Positions 1-14,209 of a DNA stretch of 64,000 bases are shown here, one piece after another. The translations under genes were made by a program, and so were the position numbers. Under the pieces are notes generated by a model. It was not told where the DNA came from. It ran no database searches and saw only the letters and a program-made list of their open reading frames with translations. The number at the start of each line of letters is the position of its first letter. The stretch's first letter is position 1. The DNA is from Eledone cirrhosa (lineage: Eukaryota): the NCBI GenBank assembly GCA_964016885.1, contig OZ024745.1, forward strand, positions 22,382,001-22,446,000, given 5' to 3'.

Positions 1-141
1 AGAGCTGTGAAATCTTGCATGTATTAATTTCAACTCATCTTATTATAGTTTCTTTCCAGGGACTATGTTGAAAAATAAACCTCATTCGGTCATTCCATGA
101 GAGTATCTTGGTCAGCCTATGACCTTCTCAATCGACTCTCG
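1..141. mobile_element. Right part of a Tc1/mariner-type MITE (same family as 25056-25240 and 36617-36814)
   Basis: agagctgtgaaatc...gagagtatcttggtcagc matches the two other copies, which carry CGAGGG..GCTGAAAAGTTCAT terminal inverted repeats. Confidence 0.65.
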
Positions 142-732
142 AAGACAACGGTTCATGGAATATAATGTATTTTCAAAATACACAAAGGAAAGAAATCCAT
201 TAGGAGTTTTCACAATAAACTAAGTTTCGTGATCGTAATTGTTACTTGGGACATAATACATTTTATATTACAGTACATTTTATATTACAGACCTACAGAC
301 TGCTGGCTCATTTCCTAATCTACTTGGTTATTTCCTTGGTTCATCAGGTGAACACTTTCTTTAGATTGATGGGAAAATCACGTCCACATATATGAAAGCT
401 TTCCTTTATTATGGGATATACTTGGAAATTATGGAACCTCAACATATCTTTATGTGATGTCAAATCTGATAGATTTTCCAGAAAACTAAGACAGAAAAGT
501 TGATTGGAACGGAAATTTCTGCTAAGTTGTTTCTTTCTCTCAATGTTCCTCTTTTTTATTTTATTTATTTCTTGTTCTGTCTGGCTGTCTTTCGTTTTTC
601 TGTCTTTGTTTATTTGTTTGATTGTTTGTTTGTTTCTTTCTTTCTTTTTTTCTGTTCATCTGGTTTTTGCGTACTTTTTTCTTGTTTTTGTTTTTTTTGT
701 TTTTCGTTTTCTGCTATATTTGGTTCAATAAT

Positions 733-903
733 TGTTTCTATTTTTGGCACAAGGCCAGCAATTACTGGTACTTTATTTTATCGACCCCGTAAGGATCAAC
801 CGTAAAGTTAACCTCGGCGGGATTTGAACTCCCCATAAGGGCCGTAACTCTTTGCTGCAAAGCATGGCGTCCGACTCTCTACCGATACTGCCAATCCACC
901 GCC
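733..903 (-). mobile_element. tRNA-derived SINE family A (Nin/Deu-like core) with 19-bp TSD
   Basis: A-box-like TGGCAGTATCGG and B-box GAGTTCAAATCC on minus strand; core ...TCCTTACGGGGTCGATAAA; ctatatttggttcaataat duplicated at 714-732 and 904-922. Confidence 0.9.
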
Positions 904-1234
904 CTATATTTGGTTCAATAATGAAATGTTTTCATGTATCTAAATCGAAATATTCGGGTATGTGACGAATAAGAATTTAGAGACTAGAAATAGGTAGTGA
1001 CATCCACTACCTGCTAATCAATATATCGATCTACCATGATCAGTCAACCTTCTGAAACGATCGTAAAACAATGAACTAATTTAAGAACCTATACTGTTAT
1101 ATTTTCAGTGTTCAATACACACACACATGTATATATATGTATGTGTATACAGTAAAATGATGGTATATTACGGTTGTATGGCGTATAATAACGATATGTG
1201 TATACAGTAAAACATGGTATATTATGGGTCCTTC

Positions 1235-3080
1235 GTTGGTTGATTGGTTCATTGGTTGGTTGGCTGGTTGGTTGATGATTGAATGGTTGCTTGTTCGGTT
1301 GTTTTGGGTTGGTTTCTTGTTATGGCTGGTGAGTTAGTTGGCTTGTTGATTGATTGTTGATAGGATTATCGACTGGTTGGTTGAATATTGATATGGTTGG
1401 TTGGTTAATTGGTTTACTGGTTGGCTGGTTGGTTAGTTGATTGGTTGACTGGTAGTGTGTTATAAATGTTATCTGATTAGCTGGTTGGCTCGTTAGTTGG
1501 CTGGTTGGATGGCTGATTGACTGGTTGGTTGGTTAGCTGGTTGGCTGGTTGGTTGGCTGGATGATTGGCTGATTGGTTGGCTGGTTGGTTGTTTGGTTGG
1601 TTGGTTGGTTGATTGGTTGGCTGGTTGGTTGGCTGATTGGTTGGCTGGTTAGCTAGTTGGCTGTTTAGTTGGTTGCTCGGCTGGTTGGTTGGATGATTGA
1701 TTGGCTGGTTGGCTGGTTGGCTGGTTTTTGGTTGGTTGGTTAGATGGTTGGTTGATTGGTTGGTTGGCTGGTTGGCTGGTTGGCTGGTTGGCTGATTGGT
1801 TGGCTGGTTGGATGGTTGGTTGTTTGGTTGGCTGGTTGGTTGGCGGATTAGTTGGCTGGTTGGCTGGTTGATTGTTTAGTTGGTTGGTTGGCTGGTTGGT
1901 TAGCTGGTTAATTGGTTGGTTGGTTGATTGGTTGGTTGGTTGGTTAGCTGGTTGGTTGTTTGGTTGACTGGTTGGTTTGCGGATTAGTTGGCTGGTTGGC
2001 TGGTTGGTTGTTTAGTTGGTTGGTTGGCTGGTTTATTGGTTGGTTGGTTGGTTGATTGGTTGGTTGGTTAGCTGGTTTGCTGGTTGGTTGGTTGGTTGGC
2101 TGGTTTGTTGGTTGGTTGTCTGGTTGGTTGGCTGGTTGGTTGGCTGGTTGATTGGTTGTTTGGTTAGTTGGTTGATTGGTTGGTTGGATGGTTGGTTGGT
2201 TGGTTATTGGTTGGTTGGTTGGCTGGCTGGTTGGTTGGTTGGTTATTGGTTGGTTGGTTGGCTGGCTGGTTCGTTGTTGGGTTAGTTGGTTGATTCGTTG
2301 GTTGGCTCGCTGGTTGGTTGGCTGGTAGGTTGGCTGGTTGGTTGGTTGGCTGGTTGGTTGGCTGGTTGGTTGGCTGGTTGATTGGCTGGTTGGTTGGTTG
2401 GCTGGTTGGTTGGCTGGTTGGTTGGCTGGTTGATTGGCTGGTTGTTAGTTGGTTGGTTGGTTAGTTGATTGATTGGTTGGTTAGTTGATTGTTTGGTTGG
2501 TTGGATGGTTGGTTGGTTGGATGTTTGGTTAGTTGGTTGATTGGCTGGTTGGCTGGTTGGTTGGCTGGTTGTCTGGTTGGTTGGCTGGTTGGTTGGCTGG
2601 TTGGTTGACTGTTTGTTTGGCTTGTTGGCTGGTTGTTTGGTTATTTGGTTGATTGGTTGGTTGGCTCGCTGGCTGGTTGGCTGGTTGGTTGGTTAGTTGG
2701 TTGATTGGTTGCTTGGGTGGTTGGTTAGTTGGTTGGTTGGTTAGTTGGTTGATTGGTTGGCTGGTTGGTTGGTCGGCTGGTTGGTTGGTTGATTGTTTGG
2801 TTGGTTAGTTGGTTGGTTAGTTGATTGGTTGGTTGGCTGGCTGGTTGGCTGGCTGGTTGGCTGGTTGGTTGGTTGGTTGACTGGTTGGTTGGTTGACTGA
2901 CTGTTTGGTTGTTTGGTTGGTTAGTTGGTTGGCTGGTTGGCTGGTTGGTTGTTTGGTTGGGTGGGTGGCTGGTTGGTTGGCTGGTTGGTTGGTTGGTTAA
3001 TTAGTTGGTTGGCTGGTTGGTTGGTTGGTTGGTTGGTTGGTTGGTTAGTTGGTTGGATGTTTGGATGGTTGACTAGTTGG
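1235..3080. repeat. Degenerate (GGTT/GGCT)n tetranucleotide array
   Basis: direct inspection. Confidence 0.95.
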
Positions 3081-3269
3081 TTGTGTAGATGTATGTTATA
3101 GGTAGTTGCCTGAGTTATATGGCTGGTAAATGGGTTGAAATGTCTAGTTGGTTAATATAGAAAGTAAGTTGATCTGCCAGACTGGTTGTTATATCTTAAC
3201 AAACAGCCGGAAGTGTGTTGCCACCATTGTTCACTGACTCCCTCCTTCTTCCTGTTTCTCCTATCGTTT

Positions 3270-3273
3270 TCTC

Positions 3274-3365
<92 letters not shown>

Positions 3366-4390
3366 ACTCTCTCTCTCACTCACTCTCTCGCTCCCTCTCT
3401 CTCTGTCTACCTCTCACTCTCGCTCCCTCTCTGTCTCTCTCTCTCTAGCTCGCTCTTGAAAAATGAATAAATATAATGTATCACCCATTTGATACATTCG
3501 CTTTCCTATCTTTTCAACAAGCTGTTTCTCTCCGGTAACACATATAAGTACACATACACACACACATACATATATATACACACACACATACAAGTACACA
3601 CACACACACATACATAAAACTACACACACATACAAGTACACACACACACATATATACAAGTACACACACACACACACACATACAAGTATACACACACACA
3701 TACATACAAGTACACACACACATACATACACGTACACACACACATACATACAAGTCATACATACAAGTACACACACAAACATACATACAAGTACACACAC
3801 ACACACGCATCCTTACAAATAGGTACACACATACACACACATGCACACACACACACACACACACACATACACATTTCATAAACATATATGCACGTGCTCA
3901 TACATACACAAAAAAAACTACACAAAAACCCCGACACATAAACTTACACACATACATGGACACACATACATGCACACTCATCCACATACTTATACATAAA
4001 CATAAACACACACTTACGTGCACACACTTGCACACAAAAAAATGAACAAACAGACATACATACACACACACAGACACACTTACACACACACACACATACA
4101 TACACACATACACACACATACATACACACACACACATACACGCACACACATACACATACACACACACACACAAACGCGCTCACACAACCACACACACAGA
4201 CACAAACACACACACGCACATACACACACACGTACACACACACAGACACACACACACAGACACACAGACACACACATACACACACACACATACACACACG
4301 CACAAACACACACACATAGACACACATACACACACGCACAAACACACACACACAAACAATATAAAAGACTCACAGACACATATATGTACA
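3270..4390. repeat. (CT)n and (CA)n microsatellites
   Basis: direct inspection; source of spurious ORFs. Confidence 0.9.
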
Positions 4391-4454
4391 CACGGACAGA
4401 AGCAATAATTCTCACCCACGAAATGCCTGCCATACCTACACGTATAACACACCT

Positions 4455-4663
4455 GAACTCCCCGCCTTGGCTCCGAATCCCTAATGCCGGACTACTCGCC
4501 TACCATCCTCGACTATCTTAAAATCGTTTTTCCAAACTCCGATGTTCCAACCTGTTCTCTCTCTTTCCGAACTCTCCGTTTCCCGAAGAAGGACTTACAT
4601 CCGAAACGCCGAAACTTCCTCTACTTCTTCCTAAGATTGATACTCATAAGATTTTGTGTTTTT
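4455..4663 (+). mobile_element. PLE 3'/pLTR fragment with minimal HHR variant (4578-4615)
   Basis: near-identical inverted copy at 7525-7731; gtttc-CCGAAGA-aggacttacatcc-GAAA-cg-cc-gaaac. Confidence 0.6.
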
Positions 4664-4982
4664 GATGTATTGAAGGCTTCTTTGTTTATTTTTTATAATT
4701 TTACGGCTCTGTTGAATCACATTGAGCTATACCTTTACTGTCATTTCTCTTATACGACGAGTGTGTTTAACTCCAACGCACTCTAGTATTTTAATCTTAT
4801 ATATATATATATACATACAGTATAAAAAAACGAAAAATCAGTGAATATTGAGTGCTAATTTTGGCATACCGCCTATGGAAGCACCATAGCTACCATTATA
4901 CACACGTGTATATATATATATGTATATGTATATATATATGTATATATATATGTATATATATATGTATATATATATGTATATA

Positions 4983-5201
<219 letters not shown>

Positions 5202-5243
5202 GTAATAATAAATGTTATTTTAATATATATATATATATATATA

Positions 5244-5512
5244 TAATATAAGATCAAAAGATGGTTAAAGGAGTTCAATATATTTTATTATGCGCATTTC
5301 AAAAACAAACATCATCAAACAATAATATTTGTGTTTTCATCAGATAAAACAGGAGAACATGATATGAAGGCTAAAAAAATATAATAAAATATATTGAACT
5401 CCTTTAACCATCTTTTGATCTTATATTATGCATACTCCAGTCCCACAAACTGTAGAGTGCTTCTTATCCGATATCTGCATTGCTTTATTGTACTACAATA
5501 AAACTCACCTCC

Positions 5513-5517
<5 letters not shown>
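5244..5517. mobile_element. Short fold-back insertion of the same PLE family as 40409-46129, in (TA)n
   Basis: 5244-5378 matches the pLTR start at 40409/44093; 5381-5517 is an inverted arm matching 45993-46129. Confidence 0.92.
5283..5349 (-). ncRNA. Minimal type I hammerhead ribozyme
   Basis: ttttat-CTGATGA-aaac...ttt-GAAA-tgcgca-TA-ataaaa. Confidence 0.8.
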
Positions 5518-5582
<65 letters not shown>

Positions 5583-6072
5583 TATATAAGACGTTACACA
5601 GATGGATATACTAATAGTTATAGTTTCTACTTTTGGCACAACGCCAGTGTTACCTCAGTGCATCACTGGTATTTTATTTCCTCTGTCTGGTGGCTATGGC
5701 GAAAGAGGTAATATGGCGAAAGAGGTAATAAGGACTGAGGGCAAACACCTTTCTCTCCGGACAACAACTTATCCCCGTCATTAAGTATCACTTCAGAAGG
5801 AAGGTGAGAGTGGAGAGAGAGGTGCTACACCCCAGTAAATTCACTGAAAGGTGGGTGAATATGGCGAAAATGGCCCGAGTGAATGGGCCTTCTCTGTATA
5901 TAAACCTGTAGGTTGAGGAAGGTAAACAGATGGAAGACAGGAACACCTACAAAACGTGTTCCTGGTGTTGGGGGTTGTTCTATCCACAGGGTGTAAAATA
6001 ACCCTGCAATAACGTTCCCCCCTCTCCAATGGGGATTTCGATTGTTATTTTATTATATATAGTCTATCTACG

Positions 6073-6260
6073 GGCGGTGGATTGGCAGTATCTGTAGAGG
6101 GTCGGACACCATGTTTGCACACAGTTACGTCCCTTTATGGTCTGAGTTCAAATCCCGCCGAGGTTCACTTTCCCTTTCATCCTTACGGGGCCGATAAAAT
6201 AAAGTACCAATAATACACTGGGATAATTGCTGGCCTTGTGCCAAAAAGTAGAAACAATTA
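6073..6260 (+). mobile_element. SINE family A, full length
   Basis: ggcggtggattggcagtatc...gagttcaaatcccgccgagg...gtagaaacaatt. Confidence 0.9.
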
Positions 6261-6359
6261 TATATAGTTTATTGTTATTTATTTATGTTAAAGTTATATG
6301 ATTTAATGTCCCATTTTTGTACGCCCCTGTGGCAAATAAAGAAAGATATCTATCTATCA

Positions 6360-6399
<40 letters not shown>

Positions 6400-6450
6400 G
6401 TCTGTCTATATATTAACCTGTATATCCATCTCTGTCTCACCCTTTCTATA

Positions 6451-6550
6451 TATTCATTTTATTAAGGCTAAATAGTGAATCTTGGTACTCAGAAATTCGC
6501 GCGGAATTCCAGAATAACAAGAATCACTATTTAGCCTTAATAAAATGAAT
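6451..6550. repeat. Imperfect palindrome, probable PLE fold-back remnant
   Basis: ttattaaggctaaatagtga / tcactatttagccttaataa arms, next to microsatellites. Confidence 0.55.
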
Positions 6551-6739
6551 ATTTAATATCTACTTCGGTATTGGGTACTCTTTTCTCTCAGTCGTCAACT
6601 ACACACACACACTCACACACACATACACACGCGCGCGCATACACACACTCACTCACACACACATATATATCTATATATATATATGTGTGTGTGTGTATAT
6701 ATACCTATATATATGTGTGTGTGTGTGTATATACATATA

Positions 6740-6770
<31 letters not shown>

Positions 6771-6809
6771 CGTGTGTGTGTATAGAGACATATACATATA
6801 TATATAAAT

Positions 6810-7048
6810 ATATTACATAATAAATAAAACAATATAATTATTCCATTACCAATGGTTTCAGGAAATTAGACAATCCTTACAGAGACGTTCAGCTCGTTCA
6901 TCAGATGAAGCAGGACGTTTCTGTAAGCGGTCTGTAAATAAACCTCAGGTAATGAAATAATTATATTGTGTTGTTTATTATGTAATTAAATAGCTCTGTA
7001 CAATACATAGAGCACTCTTCGTTCATTTACCTTTCCTATAGAAATACT

Positions 7049-7050
<2 letters not shown>
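6810..7050. mobile_element. Fold-back PLE pLTR remnant with degenerate HHR (6841-6909, minus)
   Basis: minus strand ttcat-CTGATGA...cct-GAAA-ccattgg-TA-atgga; related to 52008-52301 and 30880-30960. Confidence 0.6.
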
Positions 7051-7134
<84 letters not shown>

Positions 7135-7154
7135 ACACACACAGATATATATAT

Positions 7155-7358
7155 GTAAAAGATAAATAGAAATAGCAACACAATCGATACAGTATACGGA
7201 AGGTATATATATTAGGTTAACGCTTGATATAGCAGGAAGAGGGTCTTAACGTTTCGGACGCTAGTCCATCACCAGAAGAAAGTATGAGAAATAAAATAGA
7301 TTGAGGGGACGGGCGGGTTTGAATTAAAAATAACAGGTCCATTCATGTTAACACCCCT

Positions 7359-7360
<2 letters not shown>
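7155..7360 (-). mobile_element. PLE pLTR fragment with minimal HHR-like motif
   Basis: homologous to 23823-24050 and 34545-34630; minus strand CTGGTGA-tggactagcgtcc-GAAA-cg-TT. Confidence 0.6.
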
Positions 7361-7420
<60 letters not shown>

Positions 7421-7433
7421 AGAGATGTTAACA

Positions 7434-7495
<62 letters not shown>

Positions 7496-7524
7496 CAGAA
7501 ATGACATCATAAACACAGAGATAC

Positions 7525-7731
7525 AAAAACACAAAATCTTATGAGTATCAATCTTAGGAAGAAGTGGAGGAGGTTTCGAAGTTTCGGATGTAAGTCCTTC
7601 TTCGGGAAACGGAGAGTTCGGAAAGAGAGAGAACAGGTTGGAACATCGGAGTTTGGAAAAACGATTTTAAGATAGTCGAGGATGGTAGGCGAGTAGTCCG
7701 GCATTCGGGATTCGTGCCAAGGCGGGGAGTA
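7525..7731 (-). mobile_element. Second copy of the 4455-4663 PLE fragment (HHR 7573-7610)
   Basis: reverse-complement match; the same spurious peptide appears in the ORF track. Confidence 0.65.
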
Positions 7732-8545
7732 TATATATATTTATTTATATATTTATTTATTTAGGGTATGTACACAAGTGTGTGGCGGCGTCTATGTACG
7801 CGCATGCGTATAACACCGCTGCATATATATTTCTTGAAACTGATATAATGCATCTGATTTGCGCAAACACACACATACCCATATGTATGTATGTATGTAT
7901 GTATTTATGTATGTATGTATGTATGTATGTATGTGTGTATGTATGTATGTATGTATGTGTGTATGTATGTATGTATGTATGTGTGTATGTGTGTATGTAT
8001 GTGTACATGAGTGTGTACGTATATATGTATGTATGTGTGTATGGATGTGTGTATGTATGCATGTATGTTTCTGTATATGTAAGTATGTGTGTATACATGT
8101 ATGTATATGTGTATGTATGTGTATGTATGTGTATGTGTGTATGTATATTGGTATGTATGAATGTATGTGTGTGTATATATGTGTGTATGGATGTATGTAT
8201 GCTTGTGTATATTTAAGTATGTATACATGTATGAATGTATGTATGTATGTGTATGTATAGATACATGTATGTGTGTGTGTCTCTGTACTTCCCGGGGGTG
8301 ACTTCCCGTGTTTATTTACAGACCGCTGCACGGATGGTTGGCATTTCGGTTTCCGCTCCATAGGCTGTCCACCCATACACCCCCACCCACCCTCATCTCT
8401 GTTACATATTGCAGTCTATTGGATGTGTGACGTCATGATGTTGTCATTGTAGTTGTGGTGACTTATTGAGCTGTTGAGGTGGTACTTTCACTACCAGAGC
8501 CTCACTCCTTATAGTAGATGTACTATTATTATTATTATCAAAATA

Positions 8546-8940
8546 TGGCGGTGGATTGGCAGTATCTGTAGAGGGTCGGACGCCATGCTTTGCACACAGT
8601 TACGTCCCTTTATGGTCTGAGTTCAAATCCCGCCGAGGTTCACTTTGCCTTTCATCCTTACGGGGTCGATAAAATAAAGTACCAGTCACACACTGGGGTC
8701 GATTTAATCGACTTTCCCCTCCCCCAAAATTGCTGGCCTTGTGCCTATATAAGAAAACATTATTATCAATGTATCGGTAGAGGGTCGGATGCCATGCTTT
8801 GCAGCATAGAGTAACGGCCCTTTATGATCTGAGTTCAAATCTCACCGAGGTTAACTTTACCTTACGGATTCGATAAAATAAAGTACCAGTAATACACTGG
8901 GATAATTGCTGTCCTTGTGCCAAAAGTAGAAACAATTATT
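8546..8940 (+). mobile_element. Two tandem SINE family A copies with different 3' ends
   Basis: 8546-8763 and ~8771-8940, each with B-box and core. Confidence 0.88.
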
Positions 8941-8959
8941 ATCATAATACAGGGTCCCA

Positions 8960-9246
8960 TCGTCATCACTGTCATCATCAACATCATCATCGTCGTCTCC
9001 TTCGTCATCATTCTTGGCATCATTATACTCATCATCATCATTCGCCCCACCTACACCACCACCACCTACACCACCATCGTTGTCATCGTCTTCATCATCT
9101 TAATCATCATCATCATTATCGACGTCTTCATCTTCGTTGTCTTTGGCATCACGATCACCATCATCATCATCACCATCATCATCATCACCATCATCATCAC
9201 CATCATCGCCATCATCACCATCATCATCACCATCATCATCATCACC

Positions 9247-9278
<32 letters not shown>

Positions 9279-10285
9279 CACCATCACCATCACCATCATC
9301 ATCACCACCATCACCATCACCATCATCGCCATCATCACCATCATCATCACCATCATCATCATCACCATCATCACCATCATCACCATCTTCATCATCATCA
9401 TCACCATCACCATCACCATCATCATCACCACCATCACCATCGCCATCATCACCATCATCATCACCATCATCATCATCACCATCATCACCATCATCACCAT
9501 CTTCATCATCATCACCATCATCATCACCATCACCATCACCATCATCATCACCATCATCACCATCACCATCATCACCATCATCATCACCATCATCATCATC
9601 ATTATCGCCGTCGTCATCTTTGTCATCGTCTTCACTATCGTCATAACCATCATTCGCGCCACCACCACCTACACCACCATCATCATCATCATCGTCATCG
9701 TAATCCACTTCATCAATATCAATCATCATTATCATCATCATTACAATCATCATCATCGTCATTGTCACCATTATCGTTATCGCCTTCGGCCATCATTATC
9801 ATCATCATCAACATCTACAGTAGCAGCAGCAACATTACCTCAACCACCATCATCATCATCATCATCATCATCATCATTCCCATCTTCACCATCATCATCA
9901 TCCTCTTACCTCAACCACCACAACCATCCTCATCATCATCATCATCATCGTCGTCGTCATCATCATCATTCCCACCTTCACCATCACCATCATCACTCTC
10001 AATCAACATCATCGTCATTATCATCATCATCATCATCATAATCATCATTATTATCATCATAATTGTCATCATAATTGTCATCATAATTGTCATCATAATT
10101 GTCATCATCATAATCATCATAATCATCATTATTATCATCATAATTGTCATCATCATCATTATCATCATCATTATCATTGTCATCATTATCATCATTATCG
10201 TCATCATCATCACCATCATCCCACTTCATCAAAATCAATCGTCATCATCACATCATCACATCGTCATCACCATCATCATCATCGT
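8960..10285. repeat. (CAT/CAC)n trinucleotide array
   Basis: direct inspection. Confidence 0.95.
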
Positions 10286-11792
10286 TATATTCAATTTAAC
10301 CAGTTTCCTATCACTGGCCAGAAGATGCCAATCTATCCAAAGTTTATGTTAGTCCCTCAGGGTGAGGAAATTCAGTCTGTTTGGACAATTGTGGGTAATA
10401 TTTTTCCTAAACATTGTGTCACTTTCCCACAGCACCATCATATATCTGTTGACATACTTCTTCAGTCTATTTCTTTTAATTAATTTGCTCACTTGTCACC
10501 CAACACTTATGTTCATTCTTATGCCTCAAAAACCAATCACAATTATTCCAACCACCATTTTCTATTCTCCTGTTCCTTCACCTATTGTAAAAGTTAACTG
10601 TTAATTTTCTAGCAGTTTCTCATGCTGGTTTTTCTTCTTTTTTTTTTTTTTCTTTTGTCCCTTTTTATATATTTTTTTTTACTAGATATTTTTCTCACAT
10701 GGACAGTTCATTATAATAAGCTATGCGAAGTGCTTGTGGTTAAATATGTAGTTATATCTGGGCCTCTGGCAGTTTGGGATTTAGCATACGATCTGCAATA
10801 TCGCAAATATAGTTGTTGTTGTTTTTTTTATTGTTCTCCATTATACAAGGGCGCCGAGGGGAATTTTCCAAGACCGAACAAAACTGTATCCCCACCTCAA
10901 TTGGATGGAGCTTCCCTCAAAACTCAATGGAACTGAGATTTTTTTTTTTTGTTCTTGAAGTGGGACGATGTCAGGTACTCAAGAGTTTTTCCATGTTTTT
11001 TCCAAGTTTCGAGCCAATATACGAACTGAATCCTCTTTGTAAAAGCCCTGCCAATGTAGACTCTCCATTGCATATGATAATATTCCTTCCAAAAGGCTTT
11101 TTACCCTGTTGATTTTTCTGACTTTGCCTTCACTATTGCTAGGTCTATCAATTTAACGATATGCCTTTTTCTCATAATTCTTCTTCAAGTTAGCCATGAT
11201 AAGCTGTTTCTCACTTTTCATTTATAAGCCTGCACAAGTTTCAGTGCATTCACATCTTTTTCCCTTCATTTTTGTATCTGTGTTTCTTGTACCTACGTTT
11301 AAAGCAAACGGAGAAGCTTAAATGTAGTCGACTGACCTGCTCAAATTAGAGGTCAAATCTCCCTTAAATTTCACAACACTGTCTTAATCAAGGGACGTAT
11401 GCATCGTATAAAGATACGGTCACGCTTAGAATACTCCTGAACAAGGGTTTACTCCTGGTGGTTTACTGAGAACAAAACCAACACAACAAGGACAGAACAA
11501 CAACAACAACAATTACGAGAATGATATAAATAGATTTCCTAGAATCTAAGTTACATTTTAACCGCCCATGGCTTTTGAAAAATCTAAACACTTAAATTTT
11601 TCACTCTGTTGCTTTAGTTCCTCGGAGATATTTTGCAGTTCCGTTTTAAATTTCACTTAATCACATTTTATATGTTATGTTATTATTCAATTCATATTGA
11701 TTCCTGCATCATATATCTACAGCGGCACTGAATATTTCATCTTCTACTTAGTATTTACTTGAAATATTTCCAGTCATTACAGATCGTAATAT

Positions 11793-12125
11793 TCTCCTGC
11801 CGCAACCTGGTGCAGTCTGCGACTAACCCAAGTTCTGTTGCACGTCGGGATAAAGAGGCCAAACTCTCCAAATACCGGTCGCTCTCCAACAGGTTTGCGG
11901 TCGTACCCTTGACAGTGGAGACTTCTGGTGTCCTAGGCCCTAGGGCTACCTCCCTACTCACCACCATAGGCGCCGAGCTGGCCAGCCGCAGGTGTGAGCC
12001 TCGCGAGTTGAAATGGATCTTCCAGCGCGTCTCCCTTGCCGTACTCCGAGCAAACGCCTTCTCCATTCTGTCCACCGGGGCTGTGGGGAGGCCATTAATA
12101 TGATTGACTGACTTGTCATTTTATC
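11793..12125 (+). pseudogene. 3' fragment of a CRE-clade non-LTR retrotransposon (end of the restriction-like endonuclease)
   Basis: KLSKYRSL..FAVVPLTVETSGVLG..RELKWIFQRVSLAVLRANAFSIL resembles the CRE C-terminal K..KY, P..VET.G and QR.S.A..RGNA motifs; second copy at 37011-37163. Confidence 0.8.
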
Positions 12126-12389
12126 ATGTTCGTACTAGACAGTATTCTTGAGTCCATTTTACTCTTAAGATTTCTAGTCAAAAATTTAAGAGAGTTCAAT
12201 ATAAAGCAGTTTATTTAAATATTTATCTTCTTAGTCTCTGTTGCAAATTGTATTTGATACAAAAAACTACACTTGAACCGTCCTGTACCGTCTTTAATGT
12301 TTTGCTTTCTGCGAGCCAGATGTGACTAATAAAATCATTATATTATTTTCCAAGATACCTATTATTTTATGTATTGTTTTGCTTTGCAT

Positions 12390-13157
12390 CGATCCCTGTA
12401 TGTGACTGGTATTATATTTTAGGATGAAAGGCAAAGCTCTTTACGATGTGATTTCAAATCCTGCCGTGGTTAGATTCACCTTTTATGCTTACAGGGTCGA
12501 TGAAATAAAGTACCAATAATGCACTCGGGTAATTGCTGGCCTTGTGCCGAAAGTAGAAACAATTATTATTATTATTAATGCGGTGGATTGGCAGTATCGG
12601 TAGAGGGTCAGACGCCATGCGTTGACGCATGGAGTTACGGCCCTTGCCATTCTGAGTTCAAATCGCACTGAGGTTAACTTCGCCTTTCATCCGTACGGGG
12701 TCGATAAAATAAAGTGCCAGTAATACACTGGGATAATTGCTGGCCTTGTGCCAATAGTAGAAACATTTGTTATTAATGCTTTGTGTCATATATTTACATC
12801 TCTTTGCGTTCTGAGTTCAAAACCAGCCGAGGTTAGCATTGCCTTTCATCCTTACGGGGTCGAGTCCATTTCCCCTCCCCCAAAATGTTTTGACGTGTGC
12901 CTAAATCAGAAACTAATATTATTATTGATGTAGTTAGGGCGGTGGATTGGCAGTATCGGTAGAGGGTCTGACGCCATACTTTGCAGCATAGAGTTACGGC
13001 TCTTTATGATCTGAGTTCAAATACCACTCAGGTTAACTTTGCCTTTCATCCTTACGGGGTCGATAAAATAAAGTACCAGTAATGCACTGGGGTCGATTTA
13101 ATCGACTTTCACCTCCCCCAAATTGCTGGTCTTGTGCCTATATAAGAAACCATTATT
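12390..13157. mobile_element. Cluster of about four SINE family A copies
   Basis: repeated B-box/core blocks at ~12450-12565, 12579-12770, 12806-12920 and 12938-13157. Confidence 0.85.
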
Positions 13158-13555
13158 GGTGTAGTCATTCTGACAACCAACCATATGCATTTGTGTCACC
13201 ATAGGTTTCGCCACGTTTTTGCTGTCTTGCTCTAAATGCGATTTATATACATTATTTAGTGTTGATTTTTAGAAAAGCTGATTCGCTATATAGGAGGTGT
13301 TTGTCTTTCTTTCCTTGAACCTTAGTTCTTTTTTTTTATTTCAATCCATGGTTTCATCATGGCTTCCGATAATGGCATCATGTTGTTTTCCTCAGGAGAT
13401 GGAGAGAAAGAAGGGTGTTGATTGATTCTTCGAGGAGACATAGTGAGAGAGTGTCGAAGCGGCTTCAAAATGGTTTAAAAGGTCAACAACAGCGTCATAG
13501 CCAGCAGAGATAACGCCATAGCAACCAAAAGCATTGACATCACATGTAACACTAT

Positions 13556-13621
<66 letters not shown>

Positions 13622-13764
13622 CACCACCACCACCACCACAACGACTACTACTACTGTTGCTGTAGCTACTACTACTACTCCACACCACAGCCACCACTAC
13701 TACTTCTGCTGCTGCTGCTGCTGCTGCTACTACTACTACAACTACTACCACTATCACCACCACA

Positions 13765-13810
<46 letters not shown>

Positions 13811-13820
13811 ATACTATTAT

Positions 13821-13881
<61 letters not shown>

Positions 13882-13964
13882 GTTACATTGATGTCACAGG
13901 AAAGACTCGGGGAAAAAATATTAGTTAAATTCTTACCTAGAAGCAGTGACACCTACTGAGTGAC

Positions 13965-14209
13965 GTTAGACCACACCATATATGGGTATATATGGTAACC
14001 AATGATGTTAGACCACACCATATATAGGTATATGGTAACCAATGATAGACCACACCATATATATGTATATGGTAACCAATGATGTTAGACCACACTACAT
14101 ATAGGTATATGGTAACCAATGATGTTAGACCACACCATATATAGGCATATGGTAACCATTAGTGAGTCAGACCACACCATATATAGGTATATGGTAACCA
14201 TTAGTGAGT
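13965..14209. repeat. ~40-42-bp minisatellite, 6 units
   Basis: unit gttagaccacaccatatataggtatatggtaaccaatgat. Confidence 0.9.

Noticed and set aside
6073-6160. tRNA genes
   Set aside because: A/B boxes belong to multi-copy SINE heads followed by core and tail; no complete cloverleaf
8917-10352. Long Ile/Thr-, Asp/Gly- and Ser/Pro-rich ORFs
   Set aside because: Translations of a (CAT/CAC)n array open in several frames on both strands; no domain or splice evidence
10290-11290. Possible decayed LINE on the minus strand (IKRNRLKKY-like peptide)
   Set aside because: Too many stops and too little motif support to call by eye; needs TBLASTX against Repbase
13965-14209. CRISPR-like array
   Set aside because: Units are contiguous without unique spacers; eukaryotic context, no cas genes
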